From a virus (taxonomy: Duplodnaviria > Caudoviricetes), in IMG/VR virus record IMGVR_UViG_3300021060_000011, positions 32,001-96,000 of that record: a DNA stretch of 64,000 nucleotides; one strand, 5' to 3'. The notes under the pieces were generated by a model. It did no database searches and had not been told where the DNA came from. It was given only the letters and a program-made list of their open reading frames with translations. Positions 1 to 9,134 of the stretch are shown in pieces. The position numbers and the translations under genes were made by a program. Every line of letters starts with the position of its first letter. Within the stretch, counting starts at the first letter, position 1.

Positions 1-205
1 CGTTGTCGAAGATCTGTGTGAACACCACCGTGGCGTTGCCCGTGCTGTCGAGCGTACCCTTGGCCGTCGCGGTGAGACGCGGATGCTGGTGATCGGCGTA
101 GGGGATCTGCGGGACCGATCCGAGCAGCGCCGCACCGGCCTCGGCCTTCGGCATCACCGTGGCGAAGGTGGGCACGTCGAGTTGGCCGGAAGAGAACCCG
201 CCCAT
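1..205 (-). CDS. Partial phage late protein, runs off window
   Basis: ATG at 205 (MGGFSSGQLDVPTFATVMPKAEAG...), open to the window edge, just after the 210-599 ORF. Confidence 0.6.
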   Translation of the reverse strand, partial: MGGFSSGQLDVPTFATVMPKAEAGAALLGSVPQIPYADHQHPRLTATAKGTLDSTGNATVVFTQIFDN

Positions 206-209
206 CGGA

Positions 210-599
210 TCAGCCCGCCGTGATGGTGTAGGTGGTGCCGTTGGTCGAGAACAGGTTCACCGATCCCGTGGGGCACTTGGCGTCGAGAACGACAGAGGCG
301 CCCGCCGCGATGGGGTGGCCGATAGTAGCGGCAGCGGCCTGTCCGAAGCGCAGGGTCATCGGATTGGTGCCGGTGTTCGAGACGATGAGAAGCTGGCGCG
401 CGGCGTTGGCGGCGAGCGGCGTGACGTTGGTGGCCGCCGCGATGCTGCCCGACGTGTCCGTGGTCGTGGCTGACGAAACGGCGGGAGCCGGAGCCGGGGC
501 CGTCCGCAGGGCGCCAGCGCCGTCCAGCATGAACGGGCGCGTCTGGCCGTCAACGACAGCCGCCGTGGCCGGGTTGGTGACGACGACGCCCGTACTCAT
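210..599 (-). CDS. Hypothetical phage late protein (Thr/Ala-rich, beta-rich)
   Basis: 129-aa ORF co-oriented and tightly packed in the terminase operon. Confidence 0.7.
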   Translation of the reverse strand: MSTGVVVTNPATAAVVDGQTRPFMLDGAGALRTAPAPAPAVSSATTTDTSGSIAAATNVTPLAANAARQLLIVSNTGTNPMTLRFGQAAAATIGHPIAAGASVVLDAKCPTGSVNLFSTNGTTYTITAG

Positions 600-601
600 G
601 G

Positions 602-847
602 CTACACGACGCCCATCATGCGGGCGGTCTCGGTCTCGGTGAACGGGTCGAGATCGGGGCGGTAGCCAGAGGCCAGAGGACGGACGGTGGCATTGCCGGC
701 ATCGTCTTGCCCCACAACAAGCGTGTTGCCGAATGCTACAAAGCTGGCGAACCGCTCCGCGATCCGGGTCAGCGCGTCGGGATCGGCTTCCGGATACATG
801 GATCGAGCGCGATCAAGACACGCAAGGCGAACTTCTTCGATGCGCAT
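602..847 (-). CDS. Hypothetical protein
   Basis: ATG (MRIEEVRLAC) overlaps the terminase stop codon. Confidence 0.6.
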   Translation of the reverse strand: MRIEEVRLACLDRARSMYPEADPDALTRIAERFASFVAFGNTLVVGQDDAGNATVRPLASGYRPDLDPFTETETARMMGVV

Positions 848-2211
848 CAAACCCTCCATGACCCCTGAGACGCCGTTGCCGAGGAATAGCCGGTCTTGGG
901 CTTGGGCGCGGGCGCCGCAGGCTTCGGGTGGATGCCGCAGTTCACGGCCCACTCACCAAAAGCGTCGGCCCCGTGGCTGTTCTCGTCGTGCAACGGGGTC
1001 TGATAGGTCTGCATCTGGTCGTTCCAGCGCCGGGAGTAGCGCCGAAGCCGAGAGAGGCCGATCTGCACCCGCTTGGTGTTGTTGAACGACACGATGGGCA
1101 GGACCCGCCGCACCGCGTTGATGCGCTCGGAAGCGCCCTGTTGCGCGCCGGCCTGGATCGGCCGGACTCCCAGCGCCATGAGCGTCTGGAACCGCGTCCG
1201 CGCCCCGCCGCCCCATTCCCGCACATTGACGTCGTGCGGCAGGAAGTGGCGGCCGTAGGTGAACGGCTTCCCACGTCCGATCTCGGCGAGCCCCGCCAAC
1301 CGCTCGGCAGGCTCCGGGATCAGCTCCGGCATGCAGGCCCGAACGATCTGTTCGGCCCCGTCGCCGCTCACCTCGTAATAGTCGATGGCCCTGGCCGAGC
1401 GCCCGTCGTCCTGCATGAACCAGACGGCGGTGTAGTCGTCCACGCCGATGTCCCAGGCCGTCTTGACCGGGACGTTGGGCAGATACGGGAAGTCGCCGAT
1501 CCGGCCCGCCCGCTCGGCTTCCGCGAGCATCTTGGCGTAGTAGGCGCCTTCCGTGACGACCTGATATCCGCCGCCCCAGACGTGGTCCGCCTGCTCCTGA
1601 TCAGCGGCGTAGTCGTCGTTCTTCTCGTCCCGGAGTTCCGCCGGAAACCACGGGTTGTCGTACCAGTTGACCTCGATGAACACCGAATTGCTCGGCGGGC
1701 TCGGCCCGCGTGCGAGCTTGTCGATGGCGTCGGTGTCGAAACGCGGGTTCCACGAGAACCACAGCTCGGACCCAGGCTTGCGGATCGTCGGGCGCAGCAT
1801 CCGCAGCGAGTGCGCGGACAGCGATTGCGCCTCTTCCACCCACGCGATGTCGTAGCCTTCCAGCGACTTGATCGTGTCGGCGTTGTAGCTCTGCATCCCT
1901 CGGAAGATGATCAGCGAGCCGTGCGGGCCACGGATCTCGCTCTCAAGGATCTCGAAATAGGCGCCGACGCCGAGCTTGCTGATCTTGTCGGCGAGAAGCT
2001 GCTTGACCGACTCCTTGAGGCTGTTCTGCACCTCGCGGATACACACCGCGCGGGTCGTGCCAGAGAAGCACCGAGCGATCAGTTGCTCGCCGAAGAAGTG
2101 CGACTTCCCCGAACCGCGCCCCCCGTAGGCGCCCTTGTACCGCTTGGGCGCCAGAAGCGGAACGAACGCCTCGGCGATCTCAATCGGAAGGGCGGACGAC
2201 GCGCCATTCAA
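847..2211 (-). CDS. terL: Terminase large subunit, PBSX/Terminase_3-like (headful type)
   Basis: Walker A YGGRGSGKS, Walker B IAWVEEA, WNP motif, nuclease WDIG and HGADAF. Confidence 0.93.
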   Translation of the reverse strand: MNGASSALPIEIAEAFVPLLAPKRYKGAYGGRGSGKSHFFGEQLIARCFSGTTRAVCIREVQNSLKESVKQLLADKISKLGVGAYFEILESEIRGPHGSLIIFRGMQSYNADTIKSLEGYDIAWVEEAQSLSAHSLRMLRPTIRKPGSELWFSWNPRFDTDAIDKLARGPSPPSNSVFIEVNWYDNPWFPAELRDEKNDDYAADQEQADHVWGGGYQVVTEGAYYAKMLAEAERAGRIGDFPYLPNVPVKTAWDIGVDDYTAVWFMQDDGRSARAIDYYEVSGDGAEQIVRACMPELIPEPAERLAGLAEIGRGKPFTYGRHFLPHDVNVREWGGGARTRFQTLMALGVRPIQAGAQQGASERINAVRRVLPIVSFNNTKRVQIGLSRLRRYSRRWNDQMQTYQTPLHDENSHGADAFGEWAVNCGIHPKPAAPAPKPKTGYSSATASQGSWRV

Positions 2212-2626
2212 TGGCTTGCACCTTGATGGGAGCGCCGTTCGGCCCGGAAATCTCGCTGGTGATCTTGTCGCCGTACTTCTTCGGCGCCGCCTTCGACATC
2301 AGCCACTTGCGCGTATCGACCCGGAGGCGCGAGCGCTGGATATGTTCGGCATCGACTGTCTCGCTGCCATCCGCGCGCTTCTTCGTGTCGTGCGTGCCGT
2401 CGTCGGCTATCTCAACGATTTCGTCAGCCCAGAGATCGGCCTGCGCCTCGCGCGCGAGCGTGTATTGCTCCCGAAAGGCTTCGTCGCCAGCGAGCCACCG
2501 AAACACCATCGACTGCGACGGCATCTCGTCCTCACGGCAGATCGCACGAAGCGTCTCGCCTTCCGCAAGCCGCTGGCAAATCGTGTCGGCGAGTTCAGGG
2601 GTAAAGCTGGAGGGCCTTCCGGTCAT
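2180..2626 (-). CDS. terS: Terminase small subunit (Sf6 gp1-like)
   Basis: GRPSSFTPELADTICQRLAEGETLRAIC HTH and RLRVDTRKWLMSKAAPKKYGDK motif; directly upstream of terL. Confidence 0.88.
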   Translation of the reverse strand: MTGRPSSFTPELADTICQRLAEGETLRAICREDEMPSQSMVFRWLAGDEAFREQYTLAREAQADLWADEIVEIADDGTHDTKKRADGSETVDAEHIQRSRLRVDTRKWLMSKAAPKKYGDKITSEISGPNGAPIKVQAIEWRVVRPSD

Positions 2627-2700
2627 GGATTGGTGTCTCTTAGACCCACCGCCGCATCATCGTAGCCACAAACCCCGCGACCATCGTCACCGCGACGAAC

Positions 2701-2919
2701 TCAGCGAGGGCGGAGGTCATGGGACAGAGGGAAAAGAGGCTGACAACGGTCTGCCATCTCGCGCATCTCTCTAGCTTGCCGAAGCTGAATGGGATCGGGC
2801 TCGTGATACACCAGCACGCCGTGACACAGATGGACGTGGTCGCCCTCAACGCGCTTGATGCCGACGATTGCGGCCATGGCGTCAGCGACGATCTGCGGGG
2901 CGAAGCCGCCTGTGTTCAC
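2701..2919 (-). CDS. Hypothetical protein
   Basis: GTG start overlapping the stop of the upstream ORF. Confidence 0.45.
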   Translation of the reverse strand: MNTGGFAPQIVADAMAAIVGIKRVEGDHVHLCHGVLVYHEPDPIQLRQAREMREMADRCQPLFPLSHDLRPR

Positions 2920-3149
2920 TCCCCCACCGCCATACGGTCGGATGAGGGTTTGGGACGGGCCAGTGAAGCATCGTCTGCGGATCGGTCGGGACTTGCGATC
3001 ATAATCCGCCCATTGCTCTGCTCTACCACGAGACATCCAGTGAAGGGCGGTTCGTATGAGAAGGGCACGGTCTCAGCCGGAAACTGCTGAAGCACCGCGA
3101 TCAGCTCGCCGACCGTGCGGCACTCGACTCGCAACTCGCTGGTGCTCAT
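2916..3149 (-). CDS. Hypothetical protein
   Basis: MSTSELRVEC start preceded by AGGAGAGGTG RBS. Confidence 0.55.
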   Translation of the reverse strand: MSTSELRVECRTVGELIAVLQQFPAETVPFSYEPPFTGCLVVEQSNGRIMIASPDRSADDASLARPKPSSDRMAVGE

Positions 3150-3185
3150 CACCTCTCCTTGCGATCTAGGACGGTGGTGGTGGGG

Positions 3186-3830
3186 ATCGATGCGGGTGGG
3201 GTTCATTCCCAACAGCCGATGGCGAAGCGGCTTGACGGTTTGGTCGCCACCCCGATCAGGCGGCTCTGGACTGGCCCTCGCAGGCTCAGGAGCTACCAAC
3301 TTCGGGTGTCACAGGGTTTTCGTTCATCCCCTGCCGCATCGAACTCAAATCTTGCGCCCGCCAGTAGAGGCTTGCCAGGGCGGGCGTCGCCCTTCCGAGG
3401 TGAAGCCTCGGCGCACCCGTGTCTGGCGCTTTCGTCCAGCCGTGATGCGAGGTTTGTATCGATGCGGGGCTTGGCGCATGGCCCCATTCAACCCGACACC
3501 CCGGAGTCAACCAACGTCGGGCACCTGCCGCATCGAACTCGTGTGCCGCGTGGCGGCGAAACTTGGTGCTCAGGAGGGCGGGAGAAACCCTGCTGCATCG
3601 TCTCCGATGCCCTGGCTGATCCCCTCGCTTCGGTCTTACCTCCCGACCGGGGCTGAGAGCTTGGGAATTGTAGTGAGGCATCCCCGAAGGGATTTCAGCG
3701 TCGCTGCCTATCGGGCGAACCCGGCCTCTGAAGCAGGAACCGGCTCCCGGTCCTGATTGCCCTGCGGAGCGACCCGCTGGGCGGTCTGTTGATCCTCTTG
3801 AGCGGCGGGCTGACGCACAAATCGCCACTC
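3186..3830 (-). ncRNA. Putative structured non-coding late leader made of stem-closed domains
   Basis: No credible ORF; 17-nt direct repeat cctgccgcatcgaactc at 3330-3346 and 3524-3540, each pairing with an upstream tcgatgcgg (3187-3195, 3459-3467); many hairpins. Confidence 0.45.
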
Positions 3831-3839
3831 TGATAGCTT

Positions 3840-3870
3840 CACCATCCCATAGTCAGGACTCGCCGTCAAC
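3840..3870 (-). promoter_or_regulatory. Putative late promoter (pR'-like)
   Basis: TTGACG on the minus strand right after the stop of the last early gene; -10 weak. Confidence 0.35.
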
Positions 3871-3874
3871 ACCT

Positions 3875-4486
3875 CTACGCCCAGGCCCGATGAAGACTGT
3901 TGAGGGCCACGCGCAAGCTGCCGATCTCAGCCTCGTTCTTCGGAAAGCGCGCCATGACACCCACCGAAACTAGGGCCGATGACGCCGCCGCCCACTCCCC
4001 CGTGTCGCACAACGCGGTCTGTGCTTCGTGCCACTGCGCCTTGAGCTTCTGCGCGTCTTCAAAGCTCATGTCCTTCGCCGTGGTGATACCGCCGGCCACG
4101 TCGTTGATGGCTTGGCTCGGGAACTTCGGTAGGTGCCCGGTGACGTGGTGAGCATAGCGCAGATACAGCTCCACGTACCGATTGCCGGCGGCGAGCTGGT
4201 CCAGGCTCAACACCTCCGTGAGGTAGAGGACGCCGAGGGGATAGCCGGCTTTCGGATCGCGTTCCTTCAGCTTCGGGTCGAGGCGCTTGGACTTCGCTAC
4301 GGCCTTGCGGTGGGGATGGTTCAGGGCGACGCGCAAGGCTTCCTCCTCGCTCTCTCGTTCGATGGCGGCGGCCAACCGCTGTCGGCCCTTCACGGTGGTC
4401 TCCCGCTGCGCCTGGCCGTTCTTCTCCCTCGCCCGTGGGACGATGCGGAGGCTCTTCACCTTCTCGGCGGTGTTCGCGTAGGCCAT
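3875..4486 (-). CDS. Hypothetical protein in the late-regulator (Q-like) position
   Basis: Last gene of the leftward early operon; function inferred from position only. Confidence 0.55.
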   Translation of the reverse strand: MAYANTAEKVKSLRIVPRAREKNGQAQRETTVKGRQRLAAAIERESEEEALRVALNHPHRKAVAKSKRLDPKLKERDPKAGYPLGVLYLTEVLSLDQLAAGNRYVELYLRYAHHVTGHLPKFPSQAINDVAGGITTAKDMSFEDAQKLKAQWHEAQTALCDTGEWAAASSALVSVGVMARFPKNEAEIGSLRVALNSLHRAWA

Positions 4487-4523
4487 GGGGGTGTCCTGTA
4501 CGGGGGAGAGGGTTAGGCGGCGA

Positions 4524-4799
4524 TCACTCAGGGCGACCGGCGAGGCCGCAGTAGCCATCGGCTGAGTATTTGCCGATCCGCTCGTCTTCCGGCTCGCGTT
4601 TGTCTCGGTTCTCGTGGTGAACGCGCTTGCGCCAAGCCATGCATGCAGAGCCCTGACACTTGGAGCCCTTCAACTGCCCGGCGCCATCTGCATCGACCAG
4701 CTTATTGCCAGCCGATGGGATGACTTCACCGAGAGATGTTTGCGTGACGACCCTGGCGAACGGGCACCACTTGGTCTTCGCTTCTGTCTCGGTCATCAT
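4524..4799 (-). CDS. Cys-containing phage hypothetical protein
   Basis: MMTETEAKTKWCPFARV...CQGSACMAWR...GYCGLAG. Confidence 0.65.
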   Translation of the reverse strand: MMTETEAKTKWCPFARVVTQTSLGEVIPSAGNKLVDADGAGQLKGSKCQGSACMAWRKRVHHENRDKREPEDERIGKYSADGYCGLAGRPE

Positions 4800-4947
4800 C
4801 ACGAGCGTTCCTTCGGTCCAAGGGCATAAGCGATGCCGTAGAGAAACACGCCGACCCAAAAGGCAGGCACCGGGTTCGTACTGATCCAGTTGAGAACGTC
4901 GATCATGCCGGCCCCCCATTCATCCAAGTCGGGTGCGTTTCCCAGTT

Positions 4948-5154
4948 TCACCTCTCGTCAGCATTCGCATACCGCTTCGGCGCGCCCTCGGGCTTGAGGC
5001 GGACGTGGATGCGGAAGCGTAGACGTTCAGACACTTCGCCAGCGCCGTTGCGCGAAGCTGCATCGGCCGCATCTCGCGTGAGGTGATAGTTTCGTCCGAT
5101 GGGGCCGGCACCAAAGTCGTATTGGTTGGTCCACCACTCTCTCATCTCACCCAT
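4948..5154 (-). CDS. Hypothetical protein
   Basis: Packed ORF with GGAG RBS. Confidence 0.5.
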   Translation of the reverse strand: MGEMREWWTNQYDFGAGPIGRNYHLTRDAADAASRNGAGEVSERLRFRIHVRLKPEGAPKRYANADER

Positions 5155-5380
5155 GGCTGTCCGCTCCTACCTTCGCGTCAGAAGAGGTTTCCGGCAGGGT
5201 GGCGAACCGACCACAACGGGTGCAGACTTCACCGACGTAGGTGTGGCGACGAAAGCCATCCAAGAGGTCGCCCGTCATTTTGGTGATGTTTTCGGGAAGT
5301 ATCGCCTCGCTAGTGCTGTATCGAGGCTCAAACGAACACCCGCCGATCCACTTATTCCGGCGCTCGCATACTTCGGTCAT
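5147..5380 (-). CDS. Hypothetical protein (CxxC)
   Basis: Overlapping start/stop with neighbours; CTRCG motif. Confidence 0.55.
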   Translation of the reverse strand: MTEVCERRNKWIGGCSFEPRYSTSEAILPENITKMTGDLLDGFRRHTYVGEVCTRCGRFATLPETSSDAKVGADSHG

Positions 5381-6087
5381 TGCTCCGCTCCTACCTTCGC
5401 CTTACGGGCGGCTTCTGAGGCGGCGAGACGTTCGGCGAGCGCCTTGTTCTCGGCGGCGCGCTCAACGGCAGCGGCCTGCCCCTCGACCTCGCGGGCATCA
5501 CGCATCTTGGCGGCGCGCGCAGTCTCGGCCACGAACTCGTCGTAGCGCCGTGCGACCTCGGCCCGTTCCTCGTCAGTGGGGAGCGTGTAGACCTCGGCGT
5601 CGAGCACAGCGTTGATCTTGGCGCGCTCTTCCTGCGCTGCAGCGAGGAACGAACGGCACACCGCCGCGATCTCACCCGGCTTCGGTGCGTGGATGCCCTG
5701 CCCGCTCGTGCCGTCAAGGAACTGCATGCAGGCCCGCTCGACAGCCCAAGCCGGAAACTTCGTCAACACGGCGAGGTAGGCTTGCCGTTGAAGCTTCTGC
5801 GTCTCCAAATCGACTGTAGGGGCCGCCATGACGCTTCGGAGCATTCCGACCGACCGTCGCACCACCGCGGCGTCGCAGCCCGCCAGAGCCCCGTCCAGGG
5901 CGTTTCTACGGCCTATCAGAAGCGCACGTTGCTCCTCGCTCGGCTCATAGGCCGCCGACAAGGCGCAACGGCGGAAGTTGCCGGGGATCGTTTCCAGCAG
6001 ATTGTGGAGCATCCCGGTAAGGTCGGCCGTCCGCCTGTCGGCCGGCGCGATCCCAGTTCCGGTGGTGGTCGTGAGAGCCGTGGTCAT
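5377..6087 (-). CDS. Putative replication accessory (helicase-loader position)
   Basis: Follows the initiator; FPAWAVERAC...APKPGEI pattern typical of P-position genes. Confidence 0.55.
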   Translation of the reverse strand: MTTALTTTTGTGIAPADRRTADLTGMLHNLLETIPGNFRRCALSAAYEPSEEQRALLIGRRNALDGALAGCDAAVVRRSVGMLRSVMAAPTVDLETQKLQRQAYLAVLTKFPAWAVERACMQFLDGTSGQGIHAPKPGEIAAVCRSFLAAAQEERAKINAVLDAEVYTLPTDEERAEVARRYDEFVAETARAAKMRDAREVEGQAAAVERAAENKALAERLAASEAARKAKVGAEQ

Positions 6088-6904
6088 CGTGGCCTCCCTG
6101 CATTTCGGTGTTCGCGTCTAGGGCGTCAGCGGCCCAGAAATCAGCGGCGGGTGGACGGCCAGTCGGCGTCCTCCGTTTCGCATCGCCTGGCGGCGCAGGC
6201 TGATCGGCCCAACGTCCTTGGTTCAGCCACACCGCGGGGCCGACCCAGTCGTAGTGCTCGGGCTTCGTCGCGATGTACCGGCGCAGCCCGTCCATCAGCT
6301 CGGCGAAGGTGGCGAGCTTCTGTTTCCGAACTCGGTTGAAGGATTTTTCGGCCGCAGGCTTGGCAACCTTGTTCGGCTGGACGCCCCACCAGATGTCGAA
6401 CGCACCCTCGGGGAAACCGTCATCAACCAAAAGAGGAAGAGGCGTAGCCTCTTTCTCTACTGTCTTGTCTAGTCTTCTCTCGTCTTTTAGGCTTGAAACG
6501 TCATTAAGCGCCGCTTGACCCGCATCGTTATTTTCCAATGGGTTAGAGGTGCGGCCGCTCTCGTTTTTCCCAGCTTTCTCACGAAAAGCGCGGGTTTTTC
6601 CGCCTTTTCCAGCGTTTTCTCGGTTTTTCTCAACAAAACGCAGCTCTACGGCGGCGCGAGCGTTGCAGATCCGGCCATCGTGCATGGTCAATTTGCCGGC
6701 CGCCAGAAGCTCGGCGAGGGCCTTCGTGAAAGCCTTCACGGTCATGTTGCAGCGACCGGCGATGCCCCGGTCGTTCGGGGTGATCGGGCCTTCGTTCAGC
6801 ATGATGAGCTGAACGACGACGTGGTAGGCGCGATAAGCCGCGTCGCTGAGGTTCTCGGTCCCGTCCATCCACGCGGGGATGTCGTGCTTGTAAAAGCCAA
6901 CCAT
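5945..6904 (-). CDS. Phage replication initiator, DUF1376/YdaU-like
   Basis: N-terminal FYKHDIPAWMDGTENLSDAAYRAY; C-terminal FDIWW...PAVWLNQGRW. Confidence 0.8.
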   Translation of the reverse strand: MVGFYKHDIPAWMDGTENLSDAAYRAYHVVVQLIMLNEGPITPNDRGIAGRCNMTVKAFTKALAELLAAGKLTMHDGRICNARAAVELRFVEKNRENAGKGGKTRAFREKAGKNESGRTSNPLENNDAGQAALNDVSSLKDERRLDKTVEKEATPLPLLVDDGFPEGAFDIWWGVQPNKVAKPAAEKSFNRVRKQKLATFAELMDGLRRYIATKPEHYDWVGPAVWLNQGRWADQPAPPGDAKRRTPTGRPPAADFWAADALDANTEMQGGHDDHGSHDHHRNWDRAGRQADGRPYRDAPQSAGNDPRQLPPLRLVGGL

Positions 6905-7491
6905 CAGCCACGCTCCATGAACTCAAGGATTTCGTCAGCGCAGCCAGCGGGGTCGCTCCAGATCTCTGACCCCGTGAAGCGGAGAATTGGGAGACCCTCC
7001 AACTGAGCGACGCGATCTCGGGAGCGGTCTCGCGCAGCTTGCTCCTTGGTCCGCTCGTGATACGCATGGCCGTCGCACTCAACGATGAGACGCCGAAGGA
7101 TCGGGTAGCCATTCTCATCGTGGCCGCCGGCATCAGCGGGGTAGTGCAAAACGAAATCGACACGCCAGCCGGCAATCTGCACCTGCTTTTCGATGAAAGC
7201 CGTCATGCCGATGCGACCCATGATGCTTTCGCCGTTATGCGCCTTCTCAAGCGGGTAATCCCTGCCGCCAGGCAGACACCCTTTACCGAACCGTGAGACG
7301 GCGACGATGCAGCGGTTCTCCCGGTGCGCGCAGATGACGAGTGCCGCGTACAGAAGGTGCTCGATAGGACTCTCGCCCCACGGCTGATCGCGGACCATCA
7401 TCACATGACGATAAGCAAGCTCAGCCTCTTCCTGCGCAAGGAGATCAAAACCGCCGAGCCGACCCGTGCGGCGCTTGTCGTTGTCGCTCAT
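6904..7491 (-). CDS. DUF559/Vsr-like endonuclease domain protein
   Basis: ESPIE, WRVDF, LIVECDGHAYH, RDRSRDR, ILRFTGSEI motifs. Confidence 0.85.
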   Translation of the reverse strand: MSDNDKRRTGRLGGFDLLAQEEAELAYRHVMMVRDQPWGESPIEHLLYAALVICAHRENRCIVAVSRFGKGCLPGGRDYPLEKAHNGESIMGRIGMTAFIEKQVQIAGWRVDFVLHYPADAGGHDENGYPILRRLIVECDGHAYHERTKEQAARDRSRDRVAQLEGLPILRFTGSEIWSDPAGCADEILEFMERG

Positions 7492-7724
7492 CGCCCGATA
7501 GCCTGTGAGACAGAGTTGATGTGAGCCTGCATGGGTTCCGGAAGGGCCTGGAGGGCACGCAGAGCGGCGGGGACACGGGTCTCGTCTCTCATGGCAGCGA
7601 AGACCGCGTTGCAGGCGTCTTGAGCCTCCAGAGGGCAGACAGCGCGAATGTCGTTGAGGCTGGAGACGCGGCGCTCCCATGGGCGGCGGGCGTCGAAGGC
7701 GGGATGATCGCGGAAGGGGGTCAT
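7488..7724 (-). CDS. Hypothetical protein
   Basis: ATGA overlaps on both sides. Confidence 0.55.
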   Translation of the reverse strand: MTPFRDHPAFDARRPWERRVSSLNDIRAVCPLEAQDACNAVFAAMRDETRVPAALRALQALPEPMQAHINSVSQAIGR

Positions 7725-8590
7725 GCGGCTTCCCTCTTGGCGAGAGAGGCAAGAATTGCGTGGCCGATCAGCTCTGGGATTTGCGGGACGACCGCGTTGC
7801 CAAGTCCCCGCAATCGGTCCACCCGATTGGGAACCCCATGAGCCACTCGACCCACGTCGGGTTCAGTGCTCCACTCCCCGTCTCCGACCTCACTGCGTCC
7901 GGCAAACTGTCGGGTAAGCGGCCGGCTTCTCTCCGTGCCTTCGACAAGGTGGACATTTTCACCCCATCCGAGGCCAGCGGAGTAGGCCACAGGCGCACTT
8001 GCATCGCCAAGCCGATCTCCCGACCGGCGGCCAACCTGCGACGGATCGCCGGCAACTGAGCGTCCAATTTGTCCCCGTCCGTTGCGAGTGGCGTATGCCA
8101 CAAGCCAAAGGCGGTCCCTGCGGTGAGGGGCACCAACGGCAGAAGCTGGTATGCAATGCCACTCAGCATCATACCCGAACGCGGCCAATTCCCCGAGAAC
8201 TCGGTCAAGCCCGCGATTAAGCAGTGCTGAGACGTTTTCCACGAGTAGGAAGGCAGGTCGAATTTCGCCAACAAGACGGGCGATTTCAGACCATAGGCCC
8301 GAGCGCGTTCCTTCGGCGATCCCCGCTCCTGCACCGGCAAAACTGATGTCTTGGCAGGGAAAGCCTCCGCAGATGACATCCACGCAAATCCCATCTGCGC
8401 GGAGACGTTCGGCGGTGAGGGTTCGCACGTCTTCATAGCAGGGCACCTCAGGCCAGTGCTTCGCCAGCACACGACGGGGGAAGGGTTCGATCTCGCAGAA
8501 GGCGACGGTCTCAAAACCGCCGGTCCGCTCAAGGCCGAGGCTGAAGCCGCCGATGCCGCTGAAAAGGTCGAGGACGCGCAGCTTGCTCAC
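7721..8590 (-). CDS. C5-cytosine DNA methyltransferase, alpha chain (lacks motif IX)
   Basis: Motif I LDLFSGIGG, IV GGFPCQ, VI ENV, VIII HRRDR, X LGNAVVP. Confidence 0.9.
   Translation of the reverse strand: MSKLRVLDLFSGIGGFSLGLERTGGFETVAFCEIEPFPRRVLAKHWPEVPCYEDVRTLTAERLRADGICVDVICGGFPCQDISFAGAGAGIAEGTRSGLWSEIARLVGEIRPAFLLVENVSALLNRGLDRVLGELAAFGYDAEWHCIPASAVGAPHRRDRLWLVAYATRNGRGQIGRSVAGDPSQVGRRSGDRLGDASAPVAYSAGLGWGENVHLVEGTERSRPLTRQFAGRSEVGDGEWSTEPDVGRVAHGVPNRVDRLRGLGNAVVPQIPELIGHAILASLAKREAA
7768..8379 (-). CDS. Nested alternative-frame beta chain of the C5 methyltransferase (TRD plus motif IX); start uncertain, ORF open to 8532
   Basis: LW(H/P)TPLA(T/S)D repeats and LNPTWVEWLMGFPIGWT in a different frame inside the alpha gene. 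Confidence 0.75.
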   Translation of the reverse strand: MSSAEAFPAKTSVLPVQERGSPKERARAYGLKSPVLLAKFDLPSYSWKTSQHCLIAGLTEFSGNWPRSGMMLSGIAYQLLPLVPLTAGTAFGLWHTPLATDGDKLDAQLPAIRRRLAAGREIGLAMQVRLWPTPLASDGVKMSTLSKARREAGRLPDSLPDAVRSETGSGALNPTWVEWLMGFPIGWTDCGDLATRSSRKSQS

Positions 8591-8729
8591 AGGCGCCCTT
8601 CCGGGATTTGAGCGAGGGCTTTCGGAAGACGGCGCAGTGCTTCCGCCAGTGCAGCCACAAGGGTCTCCGGATCGGCATCCCAAGTGATGTCAGCGATGTC
8701 CTGGAGGGTGTCGCGGATCTCGTCTTCGG

Positions 8730-9134
8730 TCATGCGGATGTAGCCTCCGTTTTGCGGGCACGCTTCGGCTTCGGCTCAATGCGGGGGATGAGATCGGCTG
8801 CGGTCACGGTGACGACGGCGCCTTGGACGCCAGTAGCCCAAGCGAGATCAATGGCCTGACAATCGCTGTCGTTGCGCACGGCGCCACAGGACTGAAGGAG
8901 GTCGTTGACGGGTTTCAGGTAGTTGTCGAGATCGAGGCGCCGGCCAGTCATGCAGCCGACCCGAAGCGACAGCGCGTAGGGACCGTCGATACGCTTCCCG
9001 GCGGCAGCCACGTTCAGGATCAGGCCGGCGCTCGCCTTCCATGCCTCATAGGCCGGAGCGATGTGAACCCGGTTCCTGGCCTTGCGCCACATGCGGTTGG
9101 CTGAAGGAGGCAAGGGGAGTGTGGCGCAGATCAT
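8730..9134 (-). CDS. rusA: RusA-family Holliday junction resolvase
   Basis: LPLPPSANRMW, DLDNYLK, NDSD motifs. Confidence 0.85.
   Translation of the reverse strand: MICATLPLPPSANRMWRKARNRVHIAPAYEAWKASAGLILNVAAAGKRIDGPYALSLRVGCMTGRRLDLDNYLKPVNDLLQSCGAVRNDSDCQAIDLAWATGVQGAVVTVTAADLIPRIEPKPKRARKTEATSA

Noticed and set aside
3186-3540. CRISPR-like repeat-spacer array
   Set aside because: Only two 17-nt repeats 194 bp apart; no cas genes.
3560-3665. Possible tRNA (tggtg... suggests a CCA end on the minus strand)
   Set aside because: No TTCGA T-loop or anticodon arm recognisable; kept only as part of the structured leader.
6904-8590. Restriction-modification pair (C5 MTase plus DUF559 nuclease)
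   Set aside because: The nuclease is Vsr/DUF559-like and sits in the usual phage replication context; no evidence for a cognate restriction enzyme.
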